A DNA stretch of 64,000 bases, from contig SKMK01000033.1 in NCBI GenBank assembly GCA_007121075.1, positions 312-64,311 of the forward strand, written 5' to 3'. The translations under genes and the position numbers were made by a program. A model generated the notes under the pieces. It had not been told where the DNA came from. It worked only from the letters and a program-made list of their open reading frames with translations, and did no database searches. This document shows positions 57,745 to 64,000 of this stretch, piece by piece (within the stretch, counting starts at the first letter, position 1; every line of letters starts with the position of its first letter). The DNA comes from Syntrophomonadaceae bacterium. Its GTDB lineage: Bacteria; Bacillota; Dethiobacteria; DTU022.

Positions 57745-58719
57745 TTACCGCTTAGAAATTGAAACTAGGACCGGTCTCGCCGGCCCTTCCCGGTAATTAA
57801 AAACAATTTCTGCCCCTTCAGCAATGCCTTCCACATCTATCTCTTCCCCGAGGATAAAAGCCTGATCATATTCAATTTCAACCGAGTGGCTATCGATCCG
57901 CCCATTATATATCCCCGGTATAACCTCACCCTCCGGAGGGCTGTCAACAGTTTCGATATGCTCCAGGATTGCGCGCTCCCCGGTTTCAGTATAAGTAAAA
58001 GCCACCTTTGAACCGTCTGCAATATTATTAACGCTTACTCCACGGCCGAGTGTAAAAGCCCTGCTCCTAAAAATCTCAATCGATCGGCTGTCAATTTGGC
58101 CTATATAGATTCCTTCACCTTTAACTTCAATGGGTTCACCGGGTTCACTATCTTGTCCAGGGTCAGGTTCCTCGATTATTTCAACCGACATCAAAACCGG
58201 CCTGGAATCGGTTTCCCTGTACGTAAATGCTATTATTGAACCTTCGATTAAGTCTTCCACTGTTATTTCCTTGTCTATCGTAAATGCCCTGTACTCTCCA
58301 TTAATTTCTATTTCCATCGAACGACTATCAATACGACCGACATAAGTTCCCTCGGATTGGATAATCTCCTCTAAAGGTTTATCAGTAACCTCAATTGATT
58401 TCAGTAGAGGCCGCTCTCCCTGATCGTCATAGGCAAAAGAAACTCTGGAGCTGCTGCTTATTCCTGAGACATCTATTCCTTCAGAAAGGGCAAAAGCCCT
58501 GGGCTGGCCCGCCACCTCAATTTCTACAGACTGGCTGTCAATTTGGCCGACAAAGATGCCCTCGCTTTGAATATATTCAACCTGCCCATCTCGCTCTTCC
58601 ATTGTTTCTGTTTCGGCATCAGTTTCTTCATTAAAGGGCTGGCATCCACCCCCTGCAATACCGGCCACCAAAACAACCACTGCCAGGATAACTCCGGCTT
58701 TTTTGTACACAGCCCTCAC
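57745..58719 (-). CDS. Lipoprotein composed of four tandem ~65-aa repeats
   Basis: 324 aa; signal + GGGCQP lipobox-like; four copies of IQSEG.YVG.IDS.S.EIE..G..RAF.......V..I..GS...F.Y.E....RP.L.SIE. Confidence 0.65.
   Translation of the reverse strand: MRAVYKKAGVILAVVVLVAGIAGGGCQPFNEETDAETETMEERDGQVEYIQSEGIFVGQIDSQSVEIEVAGQPRAFALSEGIDVSGISSSSRVSFAYDDQGERPLLKSIEVTDKPLEEIIQSEGTYVGRIDSRSMEIEINGEYRAFTIDKEITVEDLIEGSIIAFTYRETDSRPVLMSVEIIEEPDPGQDSEPGEPIEVKGEGIYIGQIDSRSIEIFRSRAFTLGRGVSVNNIADGSKVAFTYTETGERAILEHIETVDSPPEGEVIPGIYNGRIDSHSVEIEYDQAFILGEEIDVEGIAEGAEIVFNYREGPARPVLVSISKR
57760..58580 (-). repeat. Four diverged tandem coding repeats (~195 nt each) inside the lipoprotein gene
   Basis: Protein-level periodicity of ~65 aa seen in translation. 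Confidence 0.6.
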
Positions 58720-58875
58720 CCTTTCATATATTCTACCTAAATGACCACCTGCTGCAAGATCGGGTTCCCACCATACTGTTTTTGCATGTCTATACTATAA
58801 TAGTTTAAAATTAATATAAAGCATAATTTATTTTTTTACCATAGCTGTTTATGTTAGTAGGAGGCAACAGGTCAG

Positions 58876-59826
58876 ATGGAAGACAGAATTAAAGTGGGGG
58901 TCAGTTCCTGCCTGCTCGGAAACCAGGTCAGGTATGACGGCAGCCACAAGCGGGATCGTTATATTACCGATGTGCTGGCGGATTATTTCCACTTTATACC
59001 TGTCTGCCCTGAAGTGGAATGCGGCCTGCCTGTGCCCCGTGAAACAATGCACCTGGAAGGTGATCCCGAACAGCCCCGGCTTGTCACCACCAGGAGTAAT
59101 ATCGATCACACGGTCAAAATGAAAAAGTTCTGTACAGAAAAGATCAGGGAACTGCAAAACGAAAAGTTAAGCGCCTTTATATTCAAAAAAGATTCCCCCA
59201 GTTCAGGCCTGTATCGTGTTAAGGTCTACGGACATTCCGGCCAGGCTCAAAAAAAGGGGCGGGGTCTTTTTGCTTCTGCCGTGACAAACCATTTCCCCCT
59301 TCTTCCCCTGGAAGAGGAAGGGCGCCTGCACGATGTAAAACTCCGGGAAAATTTTATCGAACAAGTTTTTTGTTACCATCGCTGGCAGTCTTTCCTGGAA
59401 GGCAAACCGGATTATAAAAAACTGGTCAAATTTCACACCAGGCACAAGCTCCAGTTAATGGCCCACAGCCCCAAACATCTGTCGAAGATGGGCAAGCTGG
59501 TTGCCGCCGGAAAAACAATGCCCCCAGAAGAACTGCTGGATCAATACCAGGCTTTCTTAATGGAAGCGATGGCTTTAAAAGCCACAATAAAGAAAAACGT
59601 AAATGTCCTCTATCATATTATGGGCCATTTCAAAACTTTCCTTACCGGTGATGAAAAAGCGGAGCTCTTAGAAATCATTGATGCCTATGCCCGCTCTATT
59701 ACTCCCCTGGTGGTACCCCTAACTATGGTCAGTCATTACGTGCGCAAACACGGGGTATCATACCTCCAGGACCAGGTTTACCTGGAACCGCATCCATCAG
59801 AATTAATGCTCCGCAACCATGTCTGA
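58876..59826 (+). CDS. YbgA-like DUF523 + DUF1722 fusion protein
   Basis: 316 aa; DUF523 N-terminal Cys motifs (VGVSSCLLG...CPEVECGLP) as in TudS/YbgA, C-terminal DUF1722 helical domain. Confidence 0.6.
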   Translation: MEDRIKVGVSSCLLGNQVRYDGSHKRDRYITDVLADYFHFIPVCPEVECGLPVPRETMHLEGDPEQPRLVTTRSNIDHTVKMKKFCTEKIRELQNEKLSAFIFKKDSPSSGLYRVKVYGHSGQAQKKGRGLFASAVTNHFPLLPLEEEGRLHDVKLRENFIEQVFCYHRWQSFLEGKPDYKKLVKFHTRHKLQLMAHSPKHLSKMGKLVAAGKTMPPEELLDQYQAFLMEAMALKATIKKNVNVLYHIMGHFKTFLTGDEKAELLEIIDAYARSITPLVVPLTMVSHYVRKHGVSYLQDQVYLEPHPSELMLRNHV

Positions 59827-59965
59827 TTGCTCCGGGAAACAAGGGCAGGGAAGTAAAGGAGAGGGGCCCAATTTGTAAAAACAAGGTTCCTGGCCAGTAG
59901 AAAAACAACTTGCTTTATGATATTATTCTGATTAGTCGTTTTCAATATTAATTAGGAGTAAGGTA

Positions 59966-61669
59966 ATGGCAAGTGAAGTCAGAATTTCACAAAGCTATTT
60001 ATTGTCGGTAGAAGATTTTAAAAAAATGATCTTAGGGGCCAGTTATTTTTTTGAACGTGAGAAAGAAAAAATCGATGCCCTTAACGTATTCCCTGTTCCT
60101 GACGGCGACACCGGAACAAATATGAGCATGACTCTGGACGCCGCTGTTAAAGGGTCTTTGAATTATGAAGGAGAATCCATAGGGGAACTTTCCGAAATTG
60201 TAGCCTTCCATGCCCTGATGGGCGCCCGGGGCAATTCGGGAGTTATCCTGTCCCAAATCCTGAGGGGTATTGCCCGCGGTTTGCAAAAAAAGGATTACAT
60301 CTCCCCGGCTGAACTGAGCAAAGCCTTTCAATATGCAGTAGTCTATGCTTATAAGGCGGTTTCTACCCCGGTCGAAGGGACAATCTTAACCGTGGCCAGG
60401 GAGATGGCCCGCGGCATCAGAAATGCCGTTAAAAAGGGCGAAAACGTGCACAATAGCATGGAAGAAGCCGTAAAAAGCGGTAAAGCGGCCCTCGAAAAAA
60501 CCACGGAAATGCTCCCTTCACTCAAGGAAGCCGGAGTGGTCGATGCCGGAGGGCTCGGACTCCTGGTTTTTCTTGAAGGCTGTCTTTATGCCATGAAACA
60601 ATCTCTTGATGATCTGCTCAACCACAATCAAAAAAATCTGCCGGGAGGAGACTTTCCGGCTAGCACCAGCCCTTCCGGACAACCTACAAGACCGATCCCT
60701 TCTGAACCATTAGATCTTCAACATCCCTACTGTACCGAGATGATCATCAAATCGGAAAACAGGGACTTCTCCGGCCTTGAAAGCGAATTAACTTCTTACG
60801 GAGATTCCCTGATTGTCGCTTACGATAAAAGTCTGGCCAAAGTTCACATCCATACGGCATCACCAGGATTAGTCCTCCAGGTTGCCCTTGATTACGGGAC
60901 CCTGCGTGATATAAAGATCGAAAATATGGAAAACCAACATGAAAAAGCCGCTTCTTCTAAAGCACCGGTGGAAACGCCGATTATTTTGCCCAAAGCTGGA
61001 CGCCATGAACAGGGCGAGGCAGGTATTATCTCAGTATCCTTCGGGGAAGGTTTCAGGGAGATCTTTCTCAGCCTGGGCGCCGATGAAATTATTTTTGGCG
61101 GGCAGACCATGAATCCCAAGGTGGAAGACCTTTTAAGCGCCGTCCAAAAACTGCCCCAGGAGACGGCGGTTATTCTTCCCAATAATAAAAATATCATTAT
61201 GGTTGCCGAACAGGCTAAGACTCTGGCAGAAAAGCATGTTGAAGTTGTTAAAACCAGGTCTTTGCCTGAAGGACTGGCAGCCCTCCTGGCTTACAACCCG
61301 CACCAGCCGGTTGGAAACAACCTCACAACCATGGTGGAGGGGATAGTCAGGGTGAAAACAGGCCTGGTTACCTATGCAACCCGGGATACCACCATCAGGG
61401 GATCAAATATTAAAATCGGCCAGTATCTGGGGCTCTTTGAAGATGAAATTATTTCCTCCGGGGAAGATTTGAACCAGACTGCCCTTATAGTGACAGAGAA
61501 AATAATTACTGAGGATAACGATATTGTGACCATTTTTTACGGGCATGATATTCCCCGCTCAGAGGCATCGCTCCTGGCCAATGTGGTAGCTGAAAAAAAT
61601 CCGGAACTGGAAGTTGAACTTCAGTACGGCGGCCAACCAATTTACTATTACATTTTTTCCGTGGAATAA
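59966..61669 (+). CDS. yloV: DAK2-domain fusion protein YloV
   Basis: 567 aa; N-terminal Dak2 domain (DGDTGTNM), C-terminal DegV-like YloV-specific domain. Confidence 0.75.
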   Translation: MASEVRISQSYLLSVEDFKKMILGASYFFEREKEKIDALNVFPVPDGDTGTNMSMTLDAAVKGSLNYEGESIGELSEIVAFHALMGARGNSGVILSQILRGIARGLQKKDYISPAELSKAFQYAVVYAYKAVSTPVEGTILTVAREMARGIRNAVKKGENVHNSMEEAVKSGKAALEKTTEMLPSLKEAGVVDAGGLGLLVFLEGCLYAMKQSLDDLLNHNQKNLPGGDFPASTSPSGQPTRPIPSEPLDLQHPYCTEMIIKSENRDFSGLESELTSYGDSLIVAYDKSLAKVHIHTASPGLVLQVALDYGTLRDIKIENMENQHEKAASSKAPVETPIILPKAGRHEQGEAGIISVSFGEGFREIFLSLGADEIIFGGQTMNPKVEDLLSAVQKLPQETAVILPNNKNIIMVAEQAKTLAEKHVEVVKTRSLPEGLAALLAYNPHQPVGNNLTTMVEGIVRVKTGLVTYATRDTTIRGSNIKIGQYLGLFEDEIISSGEDLNQTALIVTEKIITEDNDIVTIFYGHDIPRSEASLLANVVAEKNPELEVELQYGGQPIYYYIFSVE

Positions 61670-62109
61670 TCCCCGCTTTCAGTCAAACAGCCCGGGCAGT
61701 GGCCGTAAGCCTCTAGAGTATGCTCTACAATTCTAAACCGGGTTACACCTTCTATTTCTTCGCAAATTAACTTAAAATTACAGCTGCCAAATTCGGTAAT
61801 CTCCCCGCAGGCCGTGCAAACCAGGTGATGGTGATGATCACCGGGCCGGTTCAGTTCATACCGGATCCGGTTATTTTTCAATACCAGAGCCCGCAGGAAC
61901 CCGATATCCACCAACAAATCCACGGTGCGATAAACAGTGGCCATGCCGATACCCGGATATTCGGTTCTGATCCCCTCATAAATCGCCTGCACATCGGGAT
62001 GCCCTTTTTCTCTGGCTAAATAATTAAGAATCGCCAGCCGCGGACCGGTAAGTTTAAACCCCTTTCGGCGCAGCTTTGCTTTGGCTTCTTCCAAGAAAGA
62101 ATCATTCAT
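61648..62109 (-). CDS. zur: Fur family transcriptional regulator, probable zinc uptake regulator Zur
   Basis: 153 aa; Fur HTH, HHHH + CxxC...CxxC metal sites; directly upstream of znuBC(A) on same strand. Confidence 0.75.
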   Translation of the reverse strand: MNDSFLEEAKAKLRRKGFKLTGPRLAILNYLAREKGHPDVQAIYEGIRTEYPGIGMATVYRTVDLLVDIGFLRALVLKNNRIRYELNRPGDHHHHLVCTACGEITEFGSCNFKLICEEIEGVTRFRIVEHTLEAYGHCPGCLTESGDYSTEKM

Positions 62110-62176
62110 TATTCAAATACTGCCTCCTCCATAAAAAGCATCAAATCCAGAGCCAGCGCCAAATTTTAAATAAAAA

Positions 62177-62998
62177 TCAGGTATTCTTTTCAAAATGGTA
62201 TTTTAACACAACAGCAATGCCAAACAGAAGCGCCAGGATCAGGACAATTGCTGCACCCGGAGGCACCGGAAAATAGTAAGAAATAAAGAGCCCTCCAAAA
62301 CTTCCGGTTAACCCGGTAACCAGCGAATAGACAACCATACTGCGGTAGTTGCCGCTCAGACGGTAAGCCGTGGCACCTGGAATAACTATCAGTGCCGCTA
62401 CCATCACTACACCGACCAGCTGGATGGACACCATTACTGTTAAACCAATTGCAGCCAGAAGACCCATATAGAGCGGCCCGACCGGCAATCCTCCCGCAAC
62501 GGCCATTTCTTCATCAAAACAAATCGCCAGCAATTCTTTGAAAAAAAGAAGGATAAAGACAATGATCACGGCCAGGACACCGGCCATAACCTGCAGATCA
62601 CGGGTTGAAACGGCAAGGATGTTTCCAAAAAGCAGTGAGAAGAGCTCAGGATAATACCCTTTAAAAGTACTGATCAGGGCAATCCCCAGGGCCATACCCG
62701 AAGCATAGAATATACCGATTACAGTATCTTCGCTTATTTTGCCAAGCCGGCTGATATGACCGGTACTCATAGCGGTTCCTACGGCAAAAACGCTCCCGGT
62801 CAGAACCGGGTCCAATCCTGAAGCCAGGCCGATCGCTATCCCCCCCAGGGCAGTGTGAGAAATGCCTGCTCCCAGAAATGAAAGCCGTTTTAAAATCACA
62901 AAGAACGATATGGTAGGGCAGAGAATTCCTACCAGTAAAGCGGCAAGCAGGGCTCTTTGCATGAAGCCGTAGGAAAACATCTCGCTCAATGCCAGCAC
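62177..62998 (-). CDS. znuB: Metal (zinc/manganese) ABC transporter permease
   Basis: 273 aa; ZnuB/MntB family TM pattern. Confidence 0.8.
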   Translation of the reverse strand: MLALSEMFSYGFMQRALLAALLVGILCPTISFFVILKRLSFLGAGISHTALGGIAIGLASGLDPVLTGSVFAVGTAMSTGHISRLGKISEDTVIGIFYASGMALGIALISTFKGYYPELFSLLFGNILAVSTRDLQVMAGVLAVIIVFILLFFKELLAICFDEEMAVAGGLPVGPLYMGLLAAIGLTVMVSIQLVGVVMVAALIVIPGATAYRLSGNYRSMVVYSLVTGLTGSFGGLFISYYFPVPPGAAIVLILALLFGIAVVLKYHFEKNT

Positions 62999-63750
62999 CT
63001 CTCATTATCGCCCCCGGTGGTCAGGAAATCAAATTGACAGCGGTACGCCTCATCTAACTGGGGGCTGCGCAAAACTTCAGCCGGATGGCCGTGAATATGC
63101 ATGGTCCGGTTAATACAAAGCAATATATCTGCCGCAGGAGCGATGGAAACCAGGTCGTGTGAAACCAGAAGGATCGTTAAATTTTCTTTTTCTTTCAACT
63201 CACGCAGCAATTCTACAAAACTCTGCTGGGCCGGAAAATCAAGACCGGTATTTGGTTCGTCCAGCAGGAGCAAGCTGGGACGCCTGACCAGAGCACGGGC
63301 CAGCAGGACACGCTGCTGCTCTCCTCCGGAGAGATCCTGGAAAGGGCGATCATAAAAACCTTCCATCCCCACCAACCGGAGTGCTTTTCTAACCTGCTCT
63401 TTTTTACCCGGCACCCTGCGAAAAAGTGTCCGCGGAGAAAGGAGCCCGGTAGCGACTACATCGGCAGAGGAAAGCGGAAACCGCCTTTCAAAAGACTGGC
63501 GCTGAGGCATATACCCGATCCGGGACCTGACTTCTTTCAACTGCTGCTCGGAAATTCCAAGCACGGCCAGGCTGCCCCCCTGAACGGGGATCAAACCAAG
63601 GATCGCCCGCAGCAGGGTTGTTTTGCCTGCACCGTTCGGACCAATAACTCCCGTCAACTCTCCGCTGCCGGCTGTAAAAGTGATATCTTCCAGGACTGTT
63701 TTACCGGCCAGGGTAACGGTCAAATTGTTAGCTTTTATTACTTCGTCCAA
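62986..63750 (-). CDS. znuC: Metal ABC transporter ATP-binding protein
   Basis: 254 aa; Walker A GPNGAGKTT, LSGGEQQR, Walker B LLLLDEP. Confidence 0.85.
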   Translation of the reverse strand: MDEVIKANNLTVTLAGKTVLEDITFTAGSGELTGVIGPNGAGKTTLLRAILGLIPVQGGSLAVLGISEQQLKEVRSRIGYMPQRQSFERRFPLSSADVVATGLLSPRTLFRRVPGKKEQVRKALRLVGMEGFYDRPFQDLSGGEQQRVLLARALVRRPSLLLLDEPNTGLDFPAQQSFVELLRELKEKENLTILLVSHDLVSIAPAADILLCINRTMHIHGHPAEVLRSPQLDEAYRCQFDFLTTGGDNERCWH

Positions 63751-63779
63751 TCTCCTCTACTCCTCATATTCCCGGCGTT

Positions 63780-64000
63780 TTATTCCATGGCCTCTTTAAA
63801 AACAGAGAGGTTAAATCTCATTAGCTCCAGGTATGTTTCCCTGCGGGGGACGCCTTCTCCTCCCAGGGGATCGATAATCTTTACTTCAGTGCCGCTTTCT
63901 TCAGCTATCCTTTCAGCCAGCTCAGGTGAAAACTGGGGCTCAGTAAAAATAGCGCCTATTTCTTCTTCCCTGATCAGTTCCACCAGCTCGGCAATCCAGC
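63780..64000 (-). CDS. znuA: Metal ABC transporter substrate-binding protein (C-terminal fragment; gene runs off window)
   Basis: C-terminal ~70 aa (AIFTEPQFSPELAERIAEESGTEVKIIDPLG) typical of ZnuA/TroA family; 5' part beyond 64000. Confidence 0.6.
   Translation of the reverse strand, partial: WIAELVELIREEEIGAIFTEPQFSPELAERIAEESGTEVKIIDPLGGEGVPRRETYLELMRFNLSVFKEAME

Noticed and set aside
1-64000. Mobile elements, integrases, transposases, phage genes, tRNA/rRNA genes
   Set aside because: No ORF has transposase/integrase/recombinase signatures, and no intergenic region shows tRNA-like cloverleaf potential or rRNA-like conservation on inspection. The window looks like stable chromosome.

Overview
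Chromosomal segment of about 64 kb, GC around 50%, that looks like it comes from an anaerobic, spore-forming Firmicute (Clostridia or Peptococcaceae-like). I infer this from SpmA/B-like membrane proteins, Tat, QueG, MetYXW, FeoAB and soluble NuoEF-type flavoproteins. Genes are densely packed on both strands. I found no rRNA, tRNA, CRISPR array or mobile element by reading the sequence.

Housekeeping content: lnt, mobA, tatA/tatA/tatC, galU, queG, nadE, mnmG, metY-metX-metW, feoA-feoB with a DtxR regulator, msrB, lgt, and zur-znuCB(A).

Most notable block (about 21.9-31.9 kb, minus strand): an Opu-type quaternary-amine ABC importer (two permeases, a CBS-domain ATPase and an OpuAC-type binding protein) followed by a CBS-pair protein and one full-length MttB-superfamily methyltransferase with no in-frame amber codon. 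Immediately upstream is a second operon encoding a second full-length MttB homolog, a cobalamin-binding corrinoid protein, and an unusual 415-aa class-I SAM-dependent methyltransferase. Neither an MtgA-type methyl-corrinoid:THF methyltransferase nor a RamA-type activase is present in the window. I read this as a quaternary-amine (glycine betaine, proline betaine or carnitine type) demethylation island with a possibly new component.

Other points of interest: a NuoE/NuoF/2Fe-2S-4Fe-4S flavoprotein module directly upstream of a stand-alone GltB domain-2 (FMN) oxidoreductase; an operon of four surface proteins (two paralogous parallel beta-helix proteins, one with an N-terminal zinc ribbon, a lipoprotein, and a lipoprotein made of four tandem ~65-aa repeats); a strikingly organised promoter and leader in front of nadE; a perfect 15-bp palindrome inside the mttB-corrinoid operon; and a structured leader in front of metY.
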